DNA of 58,385 nucleotides, counting the filler, from Sphacelaria rigidula (taxonomy: Eukaryota): NCBI GenBank assembly GCA_964200075.2. It is 8 parts of 8 records of this genome, joined end to end, with 100 filler letters (N's around TTAATTAATTAA, not from the genome) between each part and the next. Parts side by side here need not be neighbours in the genome. Positions count along the whole stretch, not along the records: positions 29,245 to 36,455 come from CAXNAA020015947.1; positions 36,556 to 43,765 come from CAXNAA020015948.1; positions 43,866 to 51,075 come from CAXNAA020015949.1; 5 more parts are not named here. One strand, given 5' to 3'. The position numbers were made by a program, and so were the translations under genes. The notes beneath the pieces are model-generated. The model was not told the origin of the DNA, searched no databases, and saw only the letters and a list, made by a program, of their open reading frames with translations. How positions within the stretch are numbered: the first letter of the stretch is position 1; each line of letters begins with the position of its first letter. Below, one piece after another: positions 34,522 through 46,611 of the stretch.

Positions 34522-36415
34522 GTGTGTAGCTCCTGACTGGGGGAGTCCTAACTGCAGGAGTCCCTCAATGACAAAGATTCGGGCCCAGATGTACAACACA
34601 TACCGTACGTAGCATGGGTCTTGGGACGACCCGATGTCCTGATGATTCGAATCACCACCGACAAAGTGAAAATTCCACCACAGTCCCGCCATAACGCGTG
34701 ACACAAGCCCGATCAGACCCGCAACATTATCCTCATCAATTCATACTATTGCGATTGTCACGATGACGATTCTGTCACCAACACCCATATTTTCATCACA
34801 TTTTCCCCAAGTAATACTTAGTGGTACGCTCCTTGCACTCCGTGACCACGGGTTCGAGAGATCGAGCTAAGGTGGCGGATATAATAATATTATAATAATA
34901 TAATAATGATAGATAGTTAAAGAAATGCGGCTCAGTACGGTAATGATGACCCCCGGTCGCATGCTCGAGGCAGTAGAGTTCACCACTTGGTCGGGTCGAA
35001 CTTTCCCGGAATTTTACTACTTGATTTGAGTGTGAAAATCGATGTTCGGATCTTTAGTGGCACAGACAGTCCCCAGTGCTCCTATCGTGCGCAGAACGCG
35101 TTTTTGTCTGAGTCGGCGCTGCAGTCGCCGAACTAAGGTCTACCAACGCCACACTTTGCCTAGGGAACACTTTACATCCCCCGCGCCCGAGGGTTCTCGG
35201 TATGCCTTAGACTACTGGGGTGATTTCGAGAAAATATATTTCCGATAAATTTCTTGTCCGATCAAGTGATAAACTGATCAGTAGACCCAAAGAACTGAAC
35301 GTAAACAATGGTTGGTACTCGATTTTACTTGATTTCAGAACGAAGAAAGTTCGGAGAAATATATATGATCTGGGGCAGGTTAGCAGTGGTGAGCAGCAGA
35401 CCCAGGTCGTCCAGAACGTATTTTCGTCCAGGACCGGCTCAAAGGCATCGATTGGAGCTCTGGCAACGCACACTTTGCGTAAAGAACACTGTGCACCCCC
35501 CCTGCCCGAGGGTTCTGGGTATGCCTTCATCGGGGTTAGGGTTAGAGTTCTTTAAAAAAAAAAAAATCGGACATCGTTAAGGGCCCGTACAAATTCAGGT
35601 ACCTTTACTTATGGGACAGAGGAAGTACATTTCTTTACCCTCGCTCGGGGACCCCACAGGGGTCGACCTGCACCCACAAGAATTATACTTCATCTGGATC
35701 CACGAAATCATGGAGGATAGAACGCCCCACTCGCCTTGGCGTGGCTGCCTGTAATTACTGTGCATTATATCAAGGCGGTGGCTTTGCAGCCGCGCCCGGG
35801 TGATTTTTTCAATTAGTAATCTAGTCACTGACAGTCAGTTACGGGGAAATATCGACAGGTTCAAATCCCGACATATGCCTGTGGCATTATGAGCAGAAGA
35901 GGGTGTGATATATTATCCGTGAGGGATGAAAAAAGAAAACATGAAGGCACGAGCAGCGAAATGAAATTCGAGAAGTCTACGAGGTGGTACGGGGAAGTAC
36001 TGATCCAATCCTTGAGTATCAAAATGTCAGGAGGCAGATAGGTACTGGGAAGAGATGGAGCTGACCTCTCGACTCTTCCGGCCTCGTTTGAGTGTATGCG
36101 AGGGGGGCGGGGGGCGTGTGTATTCGAGACATTGCATGCCGTAGTCATACGGCCATTCACCTGGCATCCCTTCAGAGCTGGGACTGGAGAATGCCGGGTT
36201 TTCACCGGACCAGGATCGCAACCACCAAGCGCCAAGCGCCGTGACGTGTTTGGCGAGTCGCACGAAGGGTAACTTGCATGCCACTGAGCTTGTTCGATCC
36301 GAAGCGTACTAATTATCTTGCATATGGAAAACAGCCTCGAATTACTTGCTTCATTGTCTGGTATCGCCACTTCCAGAGACAGCCTCGGGTTACACCCCCC
36401 CCCCCCATGGGTGTA

Positions 36416-36455
36416 AGTGCTCCGTCTCGAAAGGGATGCGTGGTCAATGGTCACA
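36416..36455 (+). repeat. LINE tail fragment cut by the scaffold end
   Basis: GTGCTCCGTCTCGAAAGGGATGCGTGGTCAATGGTCA, about 10 nt after a long C-run. Confidence 0.8.
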
Positions 36456-36555
36456 NNNNNNNNNNNNNNNNNNNNNNNNNNNNNNNNNNNNNNNNNNNNT
36501 TAATTAATTAANNNNNNNNNNNNNNNNNNNNNNNNNNNNNNNNNNNNNNNNNNNN

Positions 36556-36587
36556 CATTGACCACGCAACCCTTTCGAGACGGAGCA
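36556..36587 (-). repeat. LINE tail fragment cut by the scaffold start
   Basis: Reverse complement TGCTCCGTCTCGAAAGGGTTGCGTGGTCAATG, preceded by CCCCACCCCCGCCC. Confidence 0.8.
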
Positions 36588-37981
36588 TCATCAGGGCGGG
36601 GGTGGGGTACTAGATCCCCCCCCCGCGTCTCAAACGCCATACCAACTCTTATGAGACCGCCTGCACCCCCCCCTCCTTCTCCCCGCTCCCCACCATTCCA
36701 GCATACACCAGAGATTCCAACATTACAATTCTCGAAAATAGCCGCTCCTCTAGCGTGACGTTCACCTCTGACGTTGTTGTTGGTCTGCTGTGAAGAAATA
36801 AATTCTGCCATTTTACTGCCCCTCTTTTTTGTTTGTCAGTCAAGACTCGTGTAGTCGGGTGGCAAGGTAGGTCATGGTGCTTTGTGGGGGGTTCACGAGA
36901 TGACCGCATACTCCTGTCTTCTTTTCCTCGATACCATGGCGGGTTTTTTCTGGAACGGTGTTATCCACCGGTACAATATTTTTGGTGCCATCAGACAACT
37001 AACTAACAGGAGAATACCACGATATTCGTTGCTACTCTCCCAACACCAAAACAGCTCCAGAAGCGCCGAAAAGTCGACGAGGGCGCTAAGCACAGGGGCG
37101 GCACAAAGCGGATGCGCACGGGCAACGAAGCCGGCACGTCTGATCGTCCCCGCTGCCGGGACGCTCAACGGGGCGGTCGAGGCGGCGGCAGGGGCAGGGG
37201 CGTAGGCGGCGCTAGGAGTAGAGGTGGCGGTGGAGGTAGGGGTAAGGGTGGGCGACGTGGAGGATGGTAGTGTGCTTTGGGGAATAGGTGTTGACATGAG
37301 GACGTGGTTTTGAACAGCCTGCGCCGCGGGGCGAGAATGGTGACGAAATCAACCCAAGTTCATGGATGCTTGGGGGCGAACCTGTACATCCGATCTTTTG
37401 AGTACTAGAGGTGGAGGTGCAAACGGGTGAGCGATGGGTGGTGTCCACGCCGCTGCGTAGGGCATCTTCATGGTGGGCTACGGTTCGTTGGGCGAGTGTG
37501 GTGTGGGAGAAGTATATTGGTCAAGGTGTATTTTTGTGTTTCTAAATCATCTTGTGTTTTGGCGTGTTGGTGGGGCTGTCTAATGTCATGTCATGATGAG
37601 CGGCGCAGTATTCGTATATGTATGGCACCCGACCACGCGAAGTGTTTGTCGACCGTTCGACGGTGGAGCGGTTTGGATAGACGGCCCATGTTGTGTACTC
37701 TTGTGCTGGCCAGTCGGACGCAGACATCAAGGTTTCGAGCGTTGGTGTACTCGCACTTGTAAAGTGTTCGTTTTGTCGGTGACACAACCTTTTCGCTAGG
37801 TATGAGTTGTTAGCATGAGAGTGGGTTTTATGAACAACAGCTCTATTATAGCTTGACCAATGTTCATTTTGTGTGTGTGTCAGCCAAAAACAGTGTCGCA
37901 TGCTTACAGCTACAAGTCGATATCCCACTCAGGGGCCTCAGTGGCAAGGTACCACGTGAAGTAGAGATAGCATCGTATATT

Positions 37982-38211
37982 GCCGCGCCCCGGTGGTGTA
38001 ATGGTCCGATTGTCGCCATTAGGGTGGAGAGAACGGAGGTTCGATTCCCGATGCGGCGGGCTTTCCCTTCGTAATGTATGATTTCCACCGTGGAAAGCGT
38101 GAGAACGTGAGTAAACGAAGTAGTCGCCTGGGTTTGTGTGANNNNNNNNNNGGGTTGATCCCTTGAGACCACGGACTTATCCCGAGGAAGGGGAGGGGTT
38201 CAAAGTGCGAG
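37982..38211 (+). mobile_element. tRNA-derived SINE family 1 (contains a 10-N gap)
   Basis: GCCGCGCCCCGGTGGTGTAATGG...GGTTCGATTCCC...GGTTCAAAGTGCGA. Confidence 0.85.
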
Positions 38212-40255
38212 GAAATAAAAAAAGGCCTCGGGGGGCATCGGTAGTGAAAGTTCTTCACGTGGTAATTGAAAACGTCTGGGCATATGGAGGTTTAGATCAC
38301 TGATGATTGACGCGGCTAATGCAACAGAAGCACACATCGGATTCAGCCCACGGCTAAGAGCCGTCATTCGAGCCGCCCCTCGACTTGCTTGGCGGAGTAT
38401 TACCCAAGAGACACCAGTCAAGAAGTGAATTGCAGGCTAGTTCATGCTCACGATCACCACCCGGAATTCTTGCATCCGCAAAAATAATGCCGTTTGATAT
38501 AAGCCAAATTCTGATAATCTTCAGACATGTAGTAGTCACGCCGTTTTGTGGTGTTGGAATCTGAAAAAATGCACACATTCACCATGAGTCATGGCAAAAC
38601 GTTCCAAGATGGGGTTCGCTCGATTCTTCTTGTTTTTCGCCGGTTATCGTGGATTCCAGGGTCCTGGTAGATCACATGTCCTTTTGGGACCCCCGATAAC
38701 CGGCGTACAAAGGACCCCAATCTTGGAGAGTGTCGTGATGGCCTTTGTATGATTGTGCGAAGTTTCAGAGACTAACTTTGAAAAAACGCCGTCAACTGGT
38801 TCGCTGTTGTGCAATGGAGAGGTACATTCTCCTAGCTACTTGATTTTAGTGTCACAACCGGCTGTTGGGGTATATTCAGCCCTTTAACCGCGAGAGTGGG
38901 TTGGTCATGTGGCTATGCAGTAATTTTCCAAGTGAAAGTGATGCAGATTCAGGAGATGACCCTAACATGGCGGTAGGAGGGGTCAACGTGACGACGACTC
39001 CATTGCATCAGTTTTTCGACTTACGCAACGAAAATTTCTACATTTATTATATTCTTTGGACTACTCCAGGGCGTGTACATCTTTCGTTGTATATCTTGAG
39101 GCATTCGTGACCGGCACCCCGGGGTCTTGATTCCGGGGTGAAGACGCCCGGAAGCTGGTGACGAGCGAAGAAAGCTTGAGATTCTTTGTCAACAATACAC
39201 TTTCGTATTTGGAGCACCAATACCTACCCAACTGCCGAGTTTCGAGGGGGCCAGAGCTTTTCCACGATAGATGGGGAGTAAGCCGTCACGAGGTTCTCTG
39301 GGGTTTGGGTGCATATCCATCATCAGCAGGAACCCACCGACACCCAAACCCTACATGATCGAAACACTGTGGTTTCGGGGATACGTTGAGCCCAAAGGAA
39401 CTGTTTTCGAAATCGTGCTTTTCCGTTCGATTCCCGAGCTGATGGTGTTTTGTCACTATACGGCTTGAAGCATGTGAGCATTTCGTGAAAATTGAGTTGG
39501 GAATTTATATTTTCATTTCAGAATAGCTTCAAGGGCGCTGATCGGCCGGGGTACCTTCTTGCCCTTGGCGCCGACGCTACGGCCTTCAACCTAAATCCGT
39601 TCATCACCTTTTGAACATGCCCATGGCTGAGCGTGAACAAGCATGTAGGGTTTCCACTTCTATGGGTTCTCTCGACATCATTTGCCAGACACTCAGTCCG
39701 GCGAATAGGTTGTTGAGTGTAACGGCATTTTCAACGCCATGCTACGGCATAATGGAGGTGGACACCATAATCAGTCAGAAACAGAACACAAGCAGGGCAA
39801 AAAAGGGGTACATCTATTTTTCCTGAACGAGGGAAGATGTTGCCAACATGGGAGCACATTACACTATTGGTACAGGTACGGTTCAACTAGAAACAGCCAC
39901 ACGATTAACCGATGTCAAATACGGGTCCCATATCACGGCCGAGGTATTGTCACATACCTTCACCCCTACCAAAATGCACGAGCCAGCTGAGATAAGCAGG
40001 TGATGCTGTCAACGATGGCCTGCGATTGCTGCACACTACTTTGTACACCTACACAATATTTACGACTACAGCGATACACAATAACACAGACTCAACGTAA
40101 CGCTGGAGGCATTTATTTACTCACCACCATGGAACGATGGATGGTCACACACATTACCCTACACCTCGCATCAAACCTCGAGTAATATCTAACAACGAAG
40201 CTTCTTCATACCGAACGTTGAAGAAGTTTCCCCGATACTGTCGACATTTTTCTGA

Positions 40256-40259
<4 letters not shown>

Positions 40260-40320
<61 letters not shown>
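40260..40320. repeat. (CTA)n microsatellite
   Basis: Perfect trinucleotide run. Confidence 0.95.
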
Positions 40321-40321
<1 letters not shown>

Positions 40322-40772
40322 GACTGACAAACGGAGGTTACCCCTGAATCGCAATAACAAAAAATTCGTTAACTACATGAAAGTGATGCAGCAACGACGT
40401 GCGTCGTGCATAAGCTAGTCTGTTCTGGTTACATACTTCCACACCAGTACTTCTCAACGCTGAAACAGAACAACTGAAACAGTGGGCGCATGTACGGTTT
40501 CAACTGTGTGTATTGTTTCAGCCACTCATCGAACAAATATAGAGTCTGTTGAGCTGCGCATATCGAGAGCCCAACATACCCCATATTTGTTTGATGAGTG
40601 GCTGAAACAATATACACCGTCAAAACCACACGGCGTATATCACGACGATTTCCACCTCAACAACAACACGCTGCACTTTCACAGTCGAAACTGCGACATC
40701 GTAATATACAACTGAAGCCACACATCGATCTACAAACAAGACGACACAATGCCCCCCGCAAAATTGGCCCAC

Positions 40773-40957
40773 CCGTGGACCGCAAGGACCACCGACCGCA
40801 GGATTCCGTGGCTGCTCTCAGCGGACTTTGGAGGGGCCACGGCTGCGGCGTACCCCGTCAAGAAGTCCTGCAGGTTCATTGGTGCGGCTTCCTCCAGGGC
40901 CGCGATCGACCGCGGCCGTCCAGCCGCCGCCCTAACGGCATCCATAATCGTGCTGGA
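40773..40957 (-). CDS. Possible exon of an unknown gene
   Basis: CTCTCTGCAG acceptor, GC-rich open frame (MDAVRAAAGRPRSIAALEEAAPMNLQDFLTGY...SVVLAVHG) and a candidate GTGGGC donor. Confidence 0.35.
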
Positions 40958-41074
40958 CTGCAGAGAGTACAGTCACCGTCGGGGGGACGAGATATATATG
41001 GCGTGTGTTGGATGCGGGGAACAGTAGTGGCGAACACATTCCCAACACGTGCTCGAAAACTTTTCGAACTAGCT

Positions 41075-41300
41075 TGATTGATAGATCTCATTGGTTGGTC
41101 GCTCGTCGCACAGTCCCCGGTTCCCGACAAAAATTCTGCCGCGGTCGCTATCCACGAGATAAACGTACCCGAGGAAAATAAAACGGAACACTCGCTAAAG
41201 GAAACTCGAGAAAAGAACAAGAGCTGAAGGAAAATGTAGAACACAACGGGCGAGCTGAAAGGGAACGAGGAAGGAAAAAACAAAAAGAAACAGCTGGGCC
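41075..41300 (-). repeat. Family R retroposon 3' region
   Basis: AGCGAGTGTTCCG...GGTACGTTTATCTCGTGGATAGCGACC on the minus strand, ending in CAAT-like repeats. Confidence 0.55.
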
Positions 41301-42192
41301 GGCATAGACGCGGACTTCAGCTCTCAACAAAGCAATATCTCAGCGACACAGACGAGTTGGGCCGTGATCCGCATATCGTATAAATCACATGATCAAGGAG
41401 AACGTGCCCATTTCTTCTCAACAGTCTGGGCCAATTTCTCCTCGTTGATTAGACCCCATGTTTAGCAATTCCTATACCGTACGGAGAGAGCGTTCATTCT
41501 AACGTCTACATGAAATCCCGAACGATATACACAGCGGATGATGGCAATTTCTTGTGTTGACATTCCCTGGAGCACGGGGAAACGACCGGTACCCTCACCT
41601 TCACCTAATTCGCTTCATGTCTAGAGATATGGTGCACATAAGGTTAAGGTTACATGTTAAAGTAAATATGTTACGAGCAGAGGCACTACATGCACTAAAC
41701 TGAATGTCGCGTCTCAGTTTTTGAGAGTTGTGCTTTGAAATTTCGTATGGGTGTCGCTAGCGCAAAATAAAGAATACACACATACATAATATATATCCGT
41801 GTTTCAGGGGAGTTTGAAGAAACGTGGAAAATGTTTTCGAACCTTATCTCAGTTTTTCGGCTCAATTGACAGAATTGTAATTTGATACTCATCATGGAGA
41901 TCCGCGAAGGTATGCCGAAGAAAACAAATGGGCCTTCATTCTTTCTCGTGAGAGGGTGGAGCGTTCTCGTGAGAAAATGGTCTTGACCACACTAAAATGC
42001 CCTCAACCAGTCAAAAAAGAAAAAAAAAGAAGAGAAACCTTGCACACTTTTTTCGTTCATCATGGCCTAGTGAGGTCCGAGGAAAAATCAAATACACAAG
42101 TACGAAACCCGGGCCGGTAAGTGCCCTGCAAAATTCTGTTCTGAATTTCTACCTGCCCGGTTTTTAAGCGGCCCCTTAGCACGTCAATATTT

Positions 42193-42420
42193 AGAGGTGG
42201 ACTTTAAAATTTGGTACGGACAGTATATATGGCATGATGAAGAACTTATTCGTGCACTCACAGTTTTTTTTCACGAGTTTCAGGCAATAATTGTTTTCAG
42301 GTTTCAGAAAAATACCCTTAGGTGATGGAAAGGAAACAAAATGAATCTACACATTCATTTTTTCATTACGCCCTATCCACTGTCCATACCAACGTTTCGG
42401 GGTAAACTCAAAATATCGGC
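42193..42420. repeat. Foldback family C copy (diverged)
   Basis: TTTGGTACGGACAGT...ACTGTCCATACCAA inverted arms, related to 58085-58364. Confidence 0.55.
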
Positions 42421-42909
42421 GGGGTAGTGAACCTGCAAACTACTACTCTTGAACGAGTGTTTCAGAGGGATCAGTTGAAGTGCGACAGTCAATCGGTCAA
42501 TCAATCAGTCACTTGTATTCCAGTAGGACCGTCGCCTCTCTGACCCCACCGTGATAATCCCCTTTGATATCCCAACTTGACCGCAACGCCCGCACACAGT
42601 GCTATCAGCAACAAGAACGACGAGGAAGTGGTTTTGGCGGCTGCAGGCCCCAACCTTACGCCGGGGAGAAGCACCCCATAAGGCAACGTCGGTGGGTCCG
42701 GTCGAAAATAGTATTGTTGTCGGATATCATATATAATATGAGAATAGTCGACCATAGTTTCCATGCTGCGAGCATAGATCGAGCACTTTTCATTTTGTGA
42801 GGATGCAACAATAATTGAAGCACAACTCCACTTTGCAAGCAGTGCTTTGGGTGAGATTACTAGCTTAAAAAACCGACCTAACTGACATGATCGATAAGAG
42901 CCTTGAGTA

Positions 42910-43400
42910 GTCCGATATGCGGTGAGAGGCGCCCGATGAACATGTGGAAAGTTCATTGCTCCGGCGGCGCCACAACGGCGCGCGGATGCCACCTTCGAGA
43001 TCGGCATCACTGACGCGGTGCGCCCTAGCATTCGCTTGTAACGGCTGCGCAGGCATAAGCCCTTACGTTAACATCAGAACGGCTAGGGTAAGGATGCCCT
43101 CCAGCGTCAGCCCGCTCTACGGCACGGAAGGAGGGGCGTGCGGGGGGGGTTGTGTTGTACGCACCCCCCGCCCCCTATCTTATCGTGCTGTAGGGCGGGC
43201 TGATACTGGATGACATCCTTGCTCTAGCAGCTCCGATGTCAACGTAAGGGTTTATGCTTGCGCAGCCGTTTCAAGCATCTGCTAGATCGCACTGCGCCGG
43301 TGATAGCAATCTCGGTGGTGGAGTCTGTGTGCCCTTGTGGCGCCGCCGGAGCAACGAACTTTCCACGTGTTCATCTGAAGCCTCCCACCACATGTCAGAC
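42910..43400. repeat. Long imperfect inverted repeat (~240-bp arms), followed by a ~140-bp tandem repeat to 43765
   Basis: Mirror-image ORF translations (PLWRRRSNELSTCSS on both strands); arms pair around ~43155. Confidence 0.85.
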
Positions 43401-46360
43401 GGTTTGTTCGATTCGGCTTGCAGCCTTTTCGCGAGCTTTTCCGTCGCCTCTTACCATATTCCGGTGGAGTTGTCCATCGCCGCTTTTCACATATTGGCAG
43501 GCTAGTCTGTCGGAGCTCGCCGCCTGGGCTTTTGCCTGGGCTGTTCCATTGCCACCTACGTGCTTTCGGGAGGCTTGTTCGTCGTCTCTTACCATATTTC
43601 GGTGGGGTTGTCTATCACCGCTTTCCACCTGTTGGTCGGCTGGTCTCTCGTAGCTCGCTGTCTTTTGGCGGGCTTTTCCGTCGCGACGGATCATGTATCG
43701 GCGGGCACGTGTTACGTGACGATGAGCATCTTCATCGTCAGCTACCACACGTCACACGGCTTCTCNNNNNNNNNNNNNNNNNNNNNNNNNNNNNNNNNNN
43801 NNNNNNNNNTTAATTAATTAANNNNNNNNNNNNNNNNNNNNNNNNNNNNNNNNNNNNNNNNNNNNTTGCTTTTGAATGGTAGCCTAAAATGAGTTTGCTT
43901 TATTCTGTGGTATCGCCACTTCCAGAGACAGCCACGTCTTATACACTACCTCATGGGTGTCTCACCAATAGCTGGGGTGGATCAATGACGACGATGCGAT
44001 TTCCGCGCACTCGAAGTCAAGCAGAAAAATGGACAACGAGCGTTCTCCACACTATTGGGCTGAGAGTAGAAAGCACAGCATCGTTGTAGGTTGGCACTTC
44101 CACTGTGCTATTGATCTCGCTGGTGGAACATTGCGGCAATCTACACGGAGTGATACGGGGAGGGGGGGAAGTTCCGCTTCACTCTGCCAGCTACCAGTGG
44201 TGCGTGCAACAGCAATAGCTATTCTTGCACTATACAAGTACGATTACGGAAAGGGGCAGGCAAGGCCCTTTCGCTGCCGCGTTGAGCATGCAAAGCCCCG
44301 CATTTTCCCCTTTTATGTTTTTTGTGGGTGTCTTCTTGGGTGCCAATTTGCGAAAGGCTGGACAGAGCGATTGAAGAAGTTCTCTGCCCACGGGTTCACC
44401 ACAAGAAGCTAATATAATACCGTCTGCCGGGCTAATCCTCGAGTGTTTTACTCGTGAATTTCGTACATTTTCAAAGATGGCATTTGTTTTGAGGACAAGG
44501 TTTTCCTCAATAGTTATGCCGAAACCCGAGACTTGGCACCCCCAGTATTGCGGGCAGTCGGCATTCATACACTCCTAAAATCAAGTCGGCTGCACTGCAA
44601 GCATCCAGCGACAGACAGATAGAGTACGTTTTCGTCAGCGATATACTTTTGTGTTTTTCGCTAAACTCGGTACGCTGCCGCAGCGACGAACAAAATATAG
44701 TGGCCGTATTCCAAGGACTGCATATACGCATAATATTTTACGTATTTAGTTGCATCCTTGACGTGCAAGATATACCAGGGCTCTCTTTCCTGCATCGTTA
44801 CACACGCACCTGCGTAGATGACAGCCCTCACAACAGTCTTGTTGCTCCGTCAGCTAGGTCGATGAGCATACGATCACGGAGTTTTTGAGCCACGGACCGA
44901 ACCCTCGCCGGCTGCACCGCCGACGCAGCAAATTCTCCTTCGCTTGTCAATGCTGCTGCTGGGGAAATGTCATCGGCGTTCCGTGCTGTATCTGACATTG
45001 CCGATTCCAATGGCATGGCGTCGTCGGCTGCCCACGGCGCAGGCAGTTCAACCCTTGTAGTACTTGCAGCCGTTCCAACCAACGATGTAGCATCGGTAGC
45101 CCATTTTTCGGGATTATTGGGGATGACAAACGCGGAAATTGGCGCTAGAACTCGACCGGTTCCTGTACCAGCGAACACAAGTAACGGCCGGGTGATAGGG
45201 GGGTAGGTAGCCGTGCGCACGAAAAACGAACATTATGGTCTCATCAGAAAGGGGAAACTCGCGAATTCATGCGCAGTCTAGAGCAAGCCATCACTTGATA
45301 AAGTTCTCGCCGATCCAGGATTTCGGCACTCGCAGGCAGTGTTCAGAATAACTGAAGCCTAGTTCCCTTGCACCTCGCCAATAGCCAGCGTGCTATGTTG
45401 GCGTCTAAAACGTGTGCGGTATCACACCGTGTTCACCTGTCAAGAAAGCTTCCTTCCACAAGGATACTCGAGATAGGTCAGGATAATCTAGTCGTACGGG
45501 GATGTCCTCGCATTGACATGCCGAGAGACACTGCTCCCGCATACTGCCCTGCAGCACCCTGGACGGCGCGGTGCACACAGTGCCGTCTTCCTCCACCACG
45601 AAAATGTTGGAGATCAAACCTGGCAACAGACCGAAAAAGGCGCTTAAGCTTTGCGTTGTGGCGTGACGCCAACACATGAAAATAGGCTTGACGCCTACGG
45701 GAGATTGGCTGATTGTCTTTGAAGGTGAATATGACGGCAAGTCAACCTCAAAACACTTAACGGGAACAGATAACATTGATATGCCACTGATTGAGGCGTA
45801 CTAACGGAACCGCCTAGGGGGACCTGCTACGCATGCAGTATTTTATTTTTGTCATGACAGCGTTGGAGGCAGTGTGCTATTATATTGTTAATGAGGAACC
45901 CAACTTGCTTTGCGTCACAGGGATGCCATCACGCTGGGTAAGTGCAAACCAGACCGCCGAAAGGTGTACATCCATAGGTTTTTCGTGGCTCGAAAAGTCT
46001 AGATTATACGCTTCCCTGGTACCTTCGAGCACAACCCTCCTGGCCGGTGTATCATTGAGCGGTCCCGCCTCCGTCAGGGCAACTTCTTGGACTCCGACCT
46101 TACAAGACGATGAGGAGGCAATGAAGGGAGTGGGCGACAACATTTGAGGAGAATAATCGGTAGGGCTGGGTACTGGCGCAGTCAGCCAGTATATTATATT
46201 CCGCGGGTAACTTGGGTCCCGGGCGAAGCAGAGGCGCCCCGCTGGAGGCGCATTCTCACGCTATTTGACTTCCCCAGAGCAAAGAGATACTATTCGGCTT
46301 CACGTGCGGCTCAATTAGATGGGTTCCCGTTGAATAATGAGGCGTGATGGTGGAACGTAC

Positions 46361-46611
46361 GACACTTTCTACGATAGCCGCCCCCCAAAACCAGCCCAAA
46401 ACTGTCACGAAGAAAAATGGCCATACAGCGCCTGATATTCGGTTTCAGGCTGTATCAAGCGCCTCATGTGGGTGACATTGGCGAATACGACCCCAACCGT
46501 GGGAATTCCCAGCTGTTCGTTGTGTCCGGCTTTCTTCATTTCGATTCACGTGTAGATTTTTCCTCCCCAAATCACCCACGTTTTTGGGAGGGGGCTGTCG
46601 TAGAAAGTGCT
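46361..46611 (-). mobile_element. MITE family A, complete (251 bp)
   Basis: TIR GACACTTTCTACGATAGCC / GGCTGTCGTAGAAAGTGCT; GTAC duplicated on both sides. Confidence 0.88.

Noticed and set aside
33780-34640. Additional PI31 exons (33864-33781; ~34637-34603)
   Set aside because: Splice phase is incompatible or the peptide shows no convincing similarity.
36570-36600. Hammerhead ribozyme core on the minus strand (CTGATGA...GAAA)
   Set aside because: No stem II between the motifs, and CTGATGA is flanking sequence present in only one copy.
40773-40945. MDAVRAAAG...SVVLAVHG as the first exon of the PI31-like gene
   Set aside because: The resemblance to the PI31 N-terminus is weak and it lies on a different, unlinked scaffold.
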